In this document: piece by piece, positions 25,932 through 38,441 of the stretch | Layout of the letters: each line of letters starts with the position of its first letter | How positions within the stretch are numbered: position 1 is the first letter of the stretch | DNA from: Octopus sinensis | Taxonomy: Eukaryota | DNA: 64,000 nucleotides | Direction of reading: 5' to 3' | Assembly: GCF_006345805.1 (NCBI RefSeq) | Contig: NC_043006.1 | Location: 90,520,001-90,584,000, forward strand | Translations under genes and position numbers: made by a program | The notes under the pieces: generated by a model | What the model saw: the letters and a program-made list of their open reading frames with translations, nothing else | Database searches by the model: none | Told to the model about the DNA's origin: nothing

Positions 25932-26812
25932 TTGTTTTTGTTTGTTTTTTCTTGGATGGCTTGAGTTGAATAATAATGATGATGATGATGATGATGATGC
26001 TCATCAATGACCTTGTGATATTTTTTTGTTTCCTTTTCTTCTTGTATGACTTGGATAGATTTGCTTGCAGTACAGTATCTTTACATGCATCTTAATCCTT
26101 TGATGTTCCGTGGTTGAATGCCAATATATTCTTTGTCATAATCTAGTTGCTCTCAAAAATACATGTGCACAGCGAAATCCAAAAGAAAAGCAACAAACTC
26201 CACACATCTCTGTTGCCTGTCTTTGTCCTGTGGATTAAATAGCAAAAACATTGCCGCAAAGAACAGCCAAAAATATTTACAGCATTAAGCATTCCACATG
26301 TCAGACTTCTTTCCCTCATTCATCCCAGGGATTGAAGAACTTTCAGAAGCAACTGACACAAGAAAGGAATCGGTTTGCTCAAATCTAACTTTCGTCTCTC
26401 AACTGTTCTTAATGCTTCCTTTCTTTAGCCATTGTCTCCATCATTTACTTCTTCATCTGTCCATCTAAACTGACTTAACTCTCCTACACATTATTTATAC
26501 AGCTACTAATAATAACACATGTTTCTCTGTGCAGAACCAACCTCAGAGTATTCAGTGCCTTAGCCCAGCCCTATAATGTGCTGCCCCTTAATCCTCATTC
26601 TACATTCAGAATTTCCTTCTCTTTTTTTTTTCTACAACATTTTCTCATTGTTACCCCATTGCACTAACTGGAAAATACAATCACAAAATTATAATTGTCC
26701 ACAAGAAATCTACACTTTTTTATGATAATGCATATCATTAACAAATCTGTTTCCTGCCAAATCAAGTAGCAAGTCATATAACACCACCCAAACACCACCC
26801 ACTCACATCCTT
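25932..26812 (+). repeat. Left arm of an 881-bp inverted duplication
   Basis: Reverse complement of 31446-32326; only two mismatches found by eye (26279/31979 and 26480/31778). Confidence 0.97.
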
Positions 26813-29800
26813 GTGAGTGGAGAATGAAAATAAACAGATAAGCTGATACTCTGCTAATCAGCATATGACCCAAACAGTTCTGATGTTGACATTCCACAAT
26901 GGCAGATAGAAGCAGTCACTTAGCACTTTCACAGACCATTTAAATATAAAAATCCTTTATGTGAAAAAGCAAGAAGTTGGCAACAGGAAAGAGATGGATC
27001 TTCAACATCATCAGCATTCTATGTTTGCATGGGTTCGATGGAATTTGGTGAGGTAGATTCTTCGCGGCTGGATGCTCTCCCTCTTGGCAACCCTCAACTG
27101 CTTCAAAGTAAGGTAAAAAAAGCCTGACAAACCTTTCACAGAAGACTGGGAATAAACAACATTGTATGATGATAATGTAATGATTTGTAAGTATCATCAT
27201 CATGATTACATGAAGGTAAACACACATACACACCATAAGCACACACACACACAATAGGCTTCTTTCAGTTTCTGTCTACCAAAGACACTCACAAGGCTTT
27301 GGCTGTCAAAGTCTAACTGAAAAAACTTGTTGCCTGAAATAACCCATGTCTAACCCATGCCAGCATGGAGAAATCCATTTTAATCATAATTAGATTAAAC
27401 AAATACATCTCTACATTTTCAAATTTGAGTATTTTCTTAAATCTCATCATTTTTGGTATCCTCAAAAATTCTCTCTCCTTCCCCCTCCCCTGTGTCTCCC
27501 TCCCTTTCCCCAGGTCTCACTCCCCTCCATATCCCTTTTTCTTCTTCATTCTCCACCCCATTCAACATCTTTCCATGTTACCCTCTGACTGGCTATCATG
27601 CCGGTGGCGTGTAAAAAGCACCAACTGAACGTGGCTGATGCCAGTACACCATGACTGGCCCCTGTGCCAGTGACATGTAAAAAAAAATATCCGAACGTGA
27701 TTGATGCCAGGCCTACCTGACTGGCTCCTGTGCTGGCAGCATGTAAAAAGCACCCTCTACATTCTCGAAGTGGTTGGTGTTTGGAAGTGCATCCAGCAGT
27801 AGAAACATTGCCAGATCAGACAGGAGCCTGGTGCAGCTGCTGGCTCTCCAGACCTCAGTCAAACCATCCAACCCATGCCAGCATGGAAAACGGATGTTAA
27901 ACGATGATGATGATGATGTCCCATTCTTAATAATGCCAGAACTCACAAATAAGTTTTTTGAAGAAAAATAACTTTTCTCTCTAGGAACTGAATAATTTGG
28001 TAATTTTTGTTCAAAATTTTATGAATAAAAATGAAAATCATACGCAAAAATATAACATGAAACATAAAAAAAGGGGAAAAGCAAACAAAACAATTGAACA
28101 AAATATTTGAAAGAAGATATAAATATTTTTATCAGCAAAGAGTTTTGTACAGAGTACAATAATAACTAATTGAACTGATAATTCATTAGATATACAATAT
28201 TAAGAAAACTTCAAGGAAACCAGGAAATGGGTGTTTGCTGGGTGTTCTTAATACTTCATTACACTAGGAAGTCTCAAAAGACAACATTACTTTCTTATTA
28301 GTGATGTTATTAAAGTCATACGGTCTAGCTGGCTGCTACACTACATATATATATATATATGTGAGTATGTATATATATATATATATATACGTACATATAC
28401 ACACGCACATACTTTTATATCAATACATATACAGATAAATATATCCAGAATGTATTTATATATAGTTAAACTTTCTAATTTACTATTAGCTGTGACAAGT
28501 GAGTCGGATAACTATACATAAACCGTAACAAGCATTAATCATCTCAAAAACATAAGATAGAAAAAAAAGGAAAAACAAAGCAACAAAAAAAATGTAGCTA
28601 AATTCTGGTTTGTAAAAGTCAAACCAAAATAAATGTAATTTGTGTTCAAGAAATACTTGAAGAAGTTTATAAATAAAGAGGTAAAATGAAATACTTGTTT
28701 CACTGCTCATGAGACAGAATGAACCAATAACCTCAACAAGAATTTTAAAGTGAGATGGGGATTGGAAAACGCAGGTGGTCAAAAACTGCAGAGAAATGCT
28801 GTTTTGCAATTTCCATGATCTTGAAAAGGTCACAAGTCTGCAGTTCACTTAATTAGAATAGTCTATTCTAACAGAAAATGGTCATCTGTTTTAATATATA
28901 TATCTTGGAAAATAGATGTTAAATGATGATGTCAGCGATGTGTGTGTATGTATATATCATATTTTAATGCTTTCAGTGCCAAGATGCACTCAATATCTAT
29001 GTATATTGTGTGTGTATTAAGATGCTGGTGAGGCCAACATTCAACTAAGTACTCAATACAATATATTAGTTGGAGCTAATTCATAAATTAGATAATATAA
29101 AAGGCTCCCAGTACACTGGTGAAGTGGTTGGCATTAGGAAGGGCATCCAGCCATAGAAATCAACCCAAATTAGACAGTTGGAGCCTCCTTGTGTAGCTCA
29201 CTGGATTGCCACCTCCTTTTAAACCATCCAACCCATGCCAGCAGGGAAAATGATGATGATGAAATGAGCTCCAAATCATATGAACACATCTGAAATAGTT
29301 TGACTATCAGAGGGGTGTGGCTTTCTGAAACGATGAGCAAGGACCATGACAACATTCTTACCAGAGTTCCTTAAACACCTAATTCTTTGCATTAAGCAAA
29401 GATTTAAGGCAGAATTGGATTATCAATGATGCCTTCTCATTTGTTGGCCATACCTATAGGTCTTCCACAAAACACCATTTTTACACTGTGCTTTTTTCTA
29501 TGTTCACAGCAATACACAGGCATACATGCTCATGTAGGTGGGTCTGTATGCACACACACACACACACAACTGTATCAACCAGACTATCGGATGTGATTAT
29601 ACAAGGTTTCCTCACATTGTAACTTTCAAACAATGCCACCCTGCTGACTAACCAAGCCTGCAGATCAACATTCCCCTCTGACCAGAATGCCAGTCTGTTG
29701 CAGAGGGATCCATTTACAGCTGAGTGGACTGGGGCAACGTGAAATGAAGTGTTTTGCTCAAGAACATAATGCACCACCCAGTATGGGAACTGAAACCACA

Positions 29801-30100
29801 ATCTTGCAATCATGAGTGCAACACCACTACCACATGGCCACTGCACCTCCACACACATTTAACAGGTTTCTTTCTATTTCCATTTGTCAAATCCACTCAC
29901 AAGGTTTCGGTTGGCCCAGGTGAATGGGAGATACTTGTCCAAGGTGCTTGTGCTTTTATTATCTGTATACCATCATCATCATGGTTTAATGTCCGCTTCC
30001 ATGGCTGGCACATGTTGGATGGTTTGTCTGAGGACTGTCAAACCCATGCCAGCATGGAAAGTGGACATCAAACACTGATGATGATATATATATATATATG

Positions 30101-30104
<4 letters not shown>

Positions 30105-30160
<56 letters not shown>
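30105..30160. repeat. (GA)n microsatellite
   Basis: Direct reading. Confidence 0.97.
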
Positions 30161-30167
<7 letters not shown>

Positions 30168-31445
30168 AGATGTGCATGAGTGTTTGTGTATATTTATACG
30201 CATATATACTTACAGATATGTATAGTTGCACACACACACGTGTATATGAATATGATTTTATGTGTATGTGCTTATACGAACACATACTTCCATACATATG
30301 CAGATGCACGAATGAATAACATTCACATGCATATTTGTGTTCACACATAGTTTAATGTAAAGACTCCTCCCCCACCACCACCACCAAAATCAAAAACTTT
30401 GCACTTATTTATACATCACTGTTAAACTTAAGACTGAGCCAAATAACCTTTAAATCTGTAAACATTTCAAGGATTTTATACACATTCTTGTTTGTTTTCG
30501 TTTTCTTCTTATTTCTCTCTCAAGATTTCAAAATGAAAGGTTTTCAAAATTTGATCAATGAATTATGCATTCTTTTGGGTGTAAATTCTGCTTTTATTTT
30601 CATAGTTTACCTGGTTGAGAAACATCTAGAAATTTCAAATTTACAAAATTTTACTTGCAGTTTCTTTTTTAAAGATTATATTAGTTTGGTGTAGTGAAAG
30701 ACAACTAAACTTAAGAGAAATATTATATTTGGCATTCTGTTTGTTTGTTTTCAATTTCACAACTAAATGCTATAAACTTCAGCCACAGCAGGAACTCACA
30801 TACTCCTTGGTTCAGTTCTTCCTCATTTTATGTCCATTTTTCTATAGTCTGGACTGATACTTATTTCAGGCAGGATTTTATGGCCAAATGCTCTTCCTTT
30901 ACACCACCAGTTTTAAGAGTAAGAAATGTTCCCCCCACCCCTTGTTATTACTATTCACTGCAGAGCTTTAAGACGTGATGTTAACAGAAAAGCAAAGCAA
31001 CACTGTTTTAGCTTCGGCCAGCTTTTGTATCAAAATAAAAATGACCTCATATACATATAAACAGACATACATATATAGACATACACAGTCACACCCATAT
31101 ACTGACACACACAACAGGCTTTCATGCAGTTCATGAATTCTTCTAGGGCTACAGAAAAGACACTTGCCTAAGGTGACATACAGTGGGACTGAATCCGAGA
31201 TCATGTGGTCGTTTAGTAAACTTCTTATCCATACAGCCATGTTACAATCATGAAGCAGATTGTTGTTATTCTTGTTTAGTCTAAGTTCAATGCTAAACGA
31301 CTGAAGATATTGAAACAAAAACTGCTCTGTTACTTTTTCTGAAGCTGGTAATTTGTGATTTAAGGGAAATTTGGTTATTATTTCAAGCATTCATTGAGGC
31401 AAAGTTGGCAAAATGCTAAAAGCAGATGAGATTGTCAGAACAAAG

Positions 31446-32326
31446 AAGGATGTGAGTGGGTGGTGTTTGGGTGGTGTTATATGACTTGCTACTTGATTTG
31501 GCAGGAAACAGATTTGTTAATGATATGCATTATCATAAAAAAGTGTAGATTTCTTGTGGACAATTATAATTTTGTGATTGTATTTTCCAGTTAGTGCAAT
31601 GGGGTAACAATGAGAAAATGTTGTAGAAAAAAAAAAGAGAAGGAAATTCTGAATGTAGAATGAGGATTAAGGGGCAGCACATTATAGGGCTGGGCTAAGG
31701 CACTGAATACTCTGAGGTTGGTTCTGCACAGAGAAACATGTGTTATTATTAGTAGCTGTATAAATAATGTGTAGGAGTGTTAAGTCAGTTTAGATGGACA
31801 GATGAAGAAGTAAATGATGGAGACAATGGCTAAAGAAAGGAAGCATTAAGAACAGTTGAGAGACGAAAGTTAGATTTGAGCAAACCGATTCCTTTCTTGT
31901 GTCAGTTGCTTCTGAAAGTTCTTCAATCCCTGGGATGAATGAGGGAAAGAAGTCTGACATGTGGAATGCTTAATGCTGCAAATATTTTTGGCTGTTCTTT
32001 GCGGCAATGTTTTTGCTATTTAATCCACAGGACAAAGACAGGCAACAGAGATGTGTGGAGTTTGTTGCTTTTCTTTTGGATTTCGCTGTGCACATGTATT
32101 TTTGAGAGCAACTAGATTATGACAAAGAATATATTGGCATTCAACCACGGAACATCAAAGGATTAAGATGCATGTAAAGATACTGTACTGCAAGCAAATC
32201 TATCCAAGTCATACAAGAAGAAAAGGAAACAAAAAAATATCACAAGGTCATTGATGAGCATCATCATCATCATCATCATCATTATTATTCAACTCAAGCC
32301 ATCCAAGAAAAAACAAACAAAAACAA
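31446..32326 (-). repeat. Right arm of the 881-bp inverted duplication
   Basis: Reverse complement of 25932-26812, including identical microsatellite and homopolymer lengths. Confidence 0.97.
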
Positions 32327-35300
32327 GAAACTTTTGAGAGAAACAAATAATTTTTCATCAATTTATAGTGCATGTGTGTGTGTGTGTGTGTTATTTGGTA
32401 TCACTAGTAGTTGCATGTCGTCAGAGCAATTCATCATTTATTTCCTCATTCTCTGACAGCTCAGATATATTGAACTGATTATTTCATTATCTTGGCATTA
32501 TTGTGTTTCACTTCAAAACAGTTAGACTTCCATATTGTCTCCTTAGCCAGGTTTTTACTATACCAGGCTAAACATTCAGTGAGTGAAATAAGAGACATGC
32601 TTTCAATTCTTTGCTACAGACATTTCTGTATTTTCTCCATACTTTCATCTATTTTACAGCCTATAATGTTTTCTTACATTTCTGCAACATTATCGCATAA
32701 ATGTAGGAAAACGATGCAACATATTGTTGATTGACCAGCAAGAAATAGCAGTGAAATTCCACTCAAAACAACTTATTGTCATAAAGTAAGTGGGGTGGGG
32801 CCCACAAGCCTGCTCAATTAGGGATCATCTTGTGGCTAAACAACAAAGTCATTTTCTTCATTACTTACAATTTTTCTTCAAGGAACAAATAAGTACTAGG
32901 GTTGATACAATTAGTTGTTTTTTAGGTTTTAGGCATATGTAAGAACTCACTATAATAAAGAGAAGGCATTAGATATGACAAAGTCAGTGAAACCCAAGCT
33001 GAGAAGATTTTGTATTGCACATATCTGGTATCAATTCAAAACTTACAAACATCAAATTGCTATTCAACTTTCTGGAGTTACTTAAAGAAGTATTAGTAAT
33101 ACATGAAGATCAATTTAATCACTTAAGTTCTGTTTCTATATTAAATGGAACTACAAAAGGATAACCAGTACAATAGAATTGTATTTGAATTCCATTTTGA
33201 AGAAAGAGAGAAATGGAGTGTGATTATGAGGTTCCAATGGAGTTGTATTTTCAATGAGGAATCAACCATATTGTGAATCAAATGCAAATAGTTCTACTCT
33301 GCCAAACATGCCCAAACCATGGTCCACATTACTAAGTTCTCCTCCTCAGATGTTTCAAATCTCAAGTAAAATCTAAGTGGAACCATTCTGCTATTAAAAT
33401 ATTCATTGGAATATTGAACTTCTGCGGAGGAAACAGCAACAGCAATCATGGTGGTGTCATTTTGATGAGGTTTAACATTCATTTACAGAGGGAAAATAAA
33501 ATTTATGGAAGAGTGCACAATAGTAATATTTTATAAAATCACTAATTAATTATGCTTCCTATCCTTGCTACCAACTACATTTTTAGAAAACAGCGCTAAG
33601 AGTAATTTTATCAAATTTTCATTTATACTGAAACATGTTATTACGCAACTCACTGTTAATTAATTGCTCAACTCCGCCCTGTTCAACTAGATTAGTAATT
33701 AACTAAACACTTGGATGAGACCAGCAAATTTGTGCTCCCAAATACACCATGAGAAACCTGTCTCGATTACATTCTGAACAATAACAATGATGCTGCCATC
33801 ACTGCCAGTGCTACATTTGTCACTAGTACTGCAAGTCTGCTTTTCCAACCGAGCATGGATTGGAGACCTTTGTCACTTGACATACAAAGCAACAAAGAAT
33901 AAAAACAAAAACATGGCATTTTATGTTGCCGTGCATACCATGTATTCTTGCTTCTTCATTTAGAAGTGGGGTTTGGTTTTTACAACTGGATGCCCTTTCT
34001 ATCAGCTAACACTTTGTAACATATGCTAGATACATTTTATTGTGCCACCACCACTAAAAGAACAAGTGACATGTCTAAAAAAAATCCCCTTTACTCGGTA
34101 TCAGCTTCTTTTTCAGAGTTACTATTCACATAGATGGTTTGCCTGCACTGTGACATGGCTTGCATTGACTCAATCTGGACATCAGTAAAAAAAGAGAAAA
34201 GAAAAAAATGCAAACGACCATAAAACCTAGAGGGAATTTTCTAAGTTGGTGCTTGATAACAGTTTCAAGACATTAAGCACCCAATGATATCGCAACTATT
34301 CCTGAAAGTTACAGGAAATAAAGCAGATGTATAAAACCATGCATAAAGTCTAAAATACAAAGCCAACCACCTGAAAACCTACAGGCTGAAGGTTCAATAC
34401 TACATCCCATACACTTTACATTTTCATTTCTACAGTAATTCATCCTTTTAATGTCCACTTTTCCATGCATACATGGATTGGACAGAATTTGGTGAGAGAG
34501 GCTTTTGTACAACCAAATGCCCTTATTATCCTTAACCCTCGCCTGTTTTCCAAGTAAGGTGATATTTATCCATGACCAGACATGTTTTCACAGAAGACTG
34601 CAAAGGAAGGACACCACATACATGACAGTAACACTCATTTACAACTGTCAAACAATGTCAAGAAAAGAAGTCAGTCACACACACACACGACAGGCTTCTC
34701 TCAGTTTCCATCTACCGAATCCATTCACAAAGCTTTGGTCAGCCTGCAGTTGTAATAGAAAACATTTGTCCAAGGTGCCATGTGATGAGACTGAATCTGC
34801 AAGCATATGGTTGCGAAGCAAACTTCTTACTACACTACCATGTTTGAGAAATTAGGCAGCATTACAAGGACGACTATAAAAAGAACCAAACCTATAATTC
34901 ATGAATAGTTTAAGATTCCACTGACAAGAATCACATTTCTATAATTAGTGGGTTAATGTCCTATTAAGCATCATCAATATGAGCCACAATATTTATTTGC
35001 AATATCTATTTCTGCCAGAGTAATGTCCTATTTAAACGCAGACGTTGGGAAATGGAAAGCCATAGTTTTATCATGATTTTGTAGAACTAACTCAGTGTGA
35101 ATCACTTGAATAGAACGGAGACTAGCAACACAGCTATATATCTAAATTATTAGTTATTAATGAACTCTTACAATATAGAATGTGTTTGTACTGTACACAT
35201 CAGTAGCTATGATTAATAGAATATAATGAAAGAAATCTTTCTAATGGTACATTAATGCAGATGGTCGAAAACTTATTAACATTTGATATTATTTATAAAT

Positions 35301-36467
35301 GTGGACAAAAACCCTTATTGATCTCATGGAATGTCTGTCAAAGTGAGGTTGATTTAAATAACCCTCTGTTTATTTTTCACATTATACAAATACTGTCTAA
35401 CTGCTATAATTAATTTCTTTTGACAAAGTGCAGGCCCAACTTTAGTAGCCAAGGGACTATGATCGATGTAATCAGCCTCGGTGTGCTGCAATTACTGAAG
35501 ATACTAATTCTGAAGACATGAGCAACTAAGTCCACACGAATAGGCATTTGGATGCTGAATGTAAGATGGAGCTAAATAAAGAAAGGTATTGAGATTTCAA
35601 GACTGCTGCTTCAGGATTTCTGTCCTTCACTGCTCTTCTAAGAAATACAATTATATCTGTAGAAAATTAAAGACTCTGCATGTGTGTGTGTGTGTGTGCA
35701 CACACACGTGCATGCAAAAAAAGTGTTTGTATAATTTCTAGCATAGGTATGAAGCCACACTGTTTGTAGGCTAAAGTGAAATCTATTTCATTGGCCTGCA
35801 ATAAAATGGTTAATACCTATTTTTATTAACTTTCCTGGGGGAATGAAAGGCAGAGTCAATCTTGGTTGAATTTAAACTCAAGCTACAAAGGAAGCAACTA
35901 AATACCATAAAGCACTCACTTTACCAATTCATGGGTTGTAAATAAAAACACTGTATAATCACCACTCATTCTCATTAGAAGTGAAAGTGTAGCAGTTAAG
36001 TAGTTTGCTTTGCAATTATGTGGATTTTAGTTTGATCACAGAGTAGCACCTTTCAGGTTGACCAATCCATTGTGAGTTAAATTTGGTAGGTGGAAACTGT
36101 ATAGAAGCCTGTCATCCACACATATATGTACCTGTGTGTATGTGCCTATATACATGTGAATTTTCACATTTCTCCATACTAACACTGTTTTGACACTGGT
36201 GACATGCCAACACAAAATAAAGTACCTTACTTGAAAACAACCAAGAACTGGTGTTAGAAGGGACATCTGCTTTCAGAATACTTCCTTGAGATTTTGCGAG
36301 TAAAGTATGCCAATATGGGAAAAGCAGAAGTAAAAATGGTGATTATAATATATTCCTTTCAATCTCTTTCTATGTATCTCATTATTTTTTCATTTAATGT
36401 CCTCTTTCCATCCTGGTATGAGAACATATATTTGTGTGTGGAACGTGCACAGGTAAGATTAAAACTG

Positions 36468-37100
36468 AAAACATACAGAAAATAGACTCCATCAAATGCC
36501 AGAGGAAAACTGGAAGTAATTGATAGCTTCTGTTACCTAGGTGACCAAGTTAGTAATGAGGGTGGATGCACCAAAAGCATAGCTGCTAGAATAAGAAAAG
36601 ATTAGGCAAAGTTCAAAGAGCTCCTACATCTGTTGGTAACAAAGAGCCTCTCCCTCAGAGTGAAAGGCAGATTGTATGATGCCTGTGTGCAAACAGCTAT
36701 GTTACACAGCAGGGAAACATGGGCTGTAACTGCTGAGATCATACATAGATCTGAAAGAAATGAAACCGGTATGCTTTGCTGAATGTGCAGTGCCAGTGTG
36801 TAGGCATGACAGAGTGTAAACGTCTTGAGAGAAAGGTTGGGCATATGAGGCATCAGGTGTGGTGTGCAAGAGAGACAACTCTGCTGGTATGGTCATGTGA
36901 TGCAAATGGATGGGGACAGCTGTGTGAAGAAGTACTGATCTCAATCAGTGGAAGGAAGTTGTGGAAGAGGGAGACCCAGAAAGACATGGGATGAGGTGGT
37001 GAAGCATGATCTTTGAATGCTGGGCCTTATGGAGACAATGACTAGCGACTGAGAAATTTGATGATATGCTGTGCTTACAAAGACCCATCAAACCAAGTGA
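36468..37100 (+). mobile_element. 5'-truncated RTE LINE (RT C-terminal pseudogene)
   Basis: KLEVIDSFCYLGDQ, LLVTKSLSLRVKGRLYDACVQTAMLHSRETW; stops and frameshifts. Confidence 0.88.
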
Positions 37101-37523
37101 AATCATAGTTGTGGTTGTTGACAGTGGCACATAACTGGCACCTGTGCTTGTGGCACACAATTGGCACCTGTGCTTGTGGCACATAAAAAGCACCTTTTGA
37201 GTGTTGGGCCTCACAGAGGCAATATTGCCAATGCTGGTGTCATGGATCTAGCAATCTGTGCTGGTAGTACATGAAAAGGAAATGTAATGCGCTAAGCCTC
37301 ATGGAGGCAATAACAAATGACCAAGAGCTTTGGAAATATAATGTACTTGAGAAAGAAGAGTAGTTGCCATTAGGAAGGGCATCCAGCTGTAGAAACCATA
37401 CTAAATCAGACTGTAATCTGGTACAGCCCCTCAGCTTACCCGCTCTGGTCAAATAATCCAAGCCAGGCAAGCATGGACAACGGCTGTTAAATGATGATGA
37501 TGATGATATATATATATACATAA

Positions 37524-38363
37524 TACAAGGTGTGATGGGTAATTTGTCACCATTTTATATTTTTAATTTCATGCCTACATATTGTTTGCCTTTGATTTTG
37601 TCGACTACACAGTATAGTAGGGTCAGTTGGGCACTGTCTGGAGAAAGATAGCACCATGATGCAATTCATTCTGCCAGAAATTTTGAAACGACATGCTGTA
37701 CTGCTTGGCATTCATGGTAGAAGCTCCAATGCAAACATTTCAAAGTGCTTGGGTGTCAATCTCAGGACATGCACTGAGAGTGATAAAAATCAAGCATCCA
37801 GTCAACATGATGATGTTTGGAGTGATCATTACTGACGGCAATATTATACCTCCATTCATCTTCCAACATGAAGGCCTACATCAAGTGCCTGGAGGAGGTA
37901 CTGCTGTCCTAGGTCAAGAGGGTGGCTGCTGGAAGACCATATGTCTGGCAACAAGACTCTGCACCATGCTACACAAGCAGGAGAAACCAGTCGTAGATGT
38001 CAGACAATTTCTGTGACCACATCACCCTAACATCTGGCCACCTAACTTCCCAGGCTGCAACCCCCTTGATTATTACGTGTGGGGTGCAGTTGAGTGAGAG
38101 ACCAAGAAAGATGAACTGAAGACAAGGATTATGGCAGCATTCACCAACTTAAACAAGGAGACTGTTCAAAAGAGTTGCAGGAGATTCTGAAGTTGTCTGG
38201 AGACCATGGTCGAAGCTAATGGCGATTTTATTGAATAAATTTACTCCCTAGTATATCAAGATATTTTAATGTAATTTTGCTAAATATATCTGTTAAAATA
38301 AGATGTCAGAGTTATTTTCATTTTTGCGTAATTTACATGACATTTTATTCACTGAACTCTGTA
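37524..38363 (+). mobile_element. Internally deleted Tc1/mariner element, DD37D (maT-like) type
   Basis: KHPVNMMMFG, WQQDSAPCYTSRRNQS, IWPPNFPGCNPLDYYVWG remnants; TA-flanked TACA...TGTA ends with weakly matching TIRs. Confidence 0.8.
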
Positions 38364-38395
38364 TATATATATATATATATAAATGAATGTATGTA

Positions 38396-38441
<46 letters not shown>

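Noticed and set aside
26300-26470. 56-codon ORF (MSDFFPSFIPG...) inside the duplicated arm
   Set aside because: Short, with no motif or splice support; insufficient to call the duplicated segment coding.
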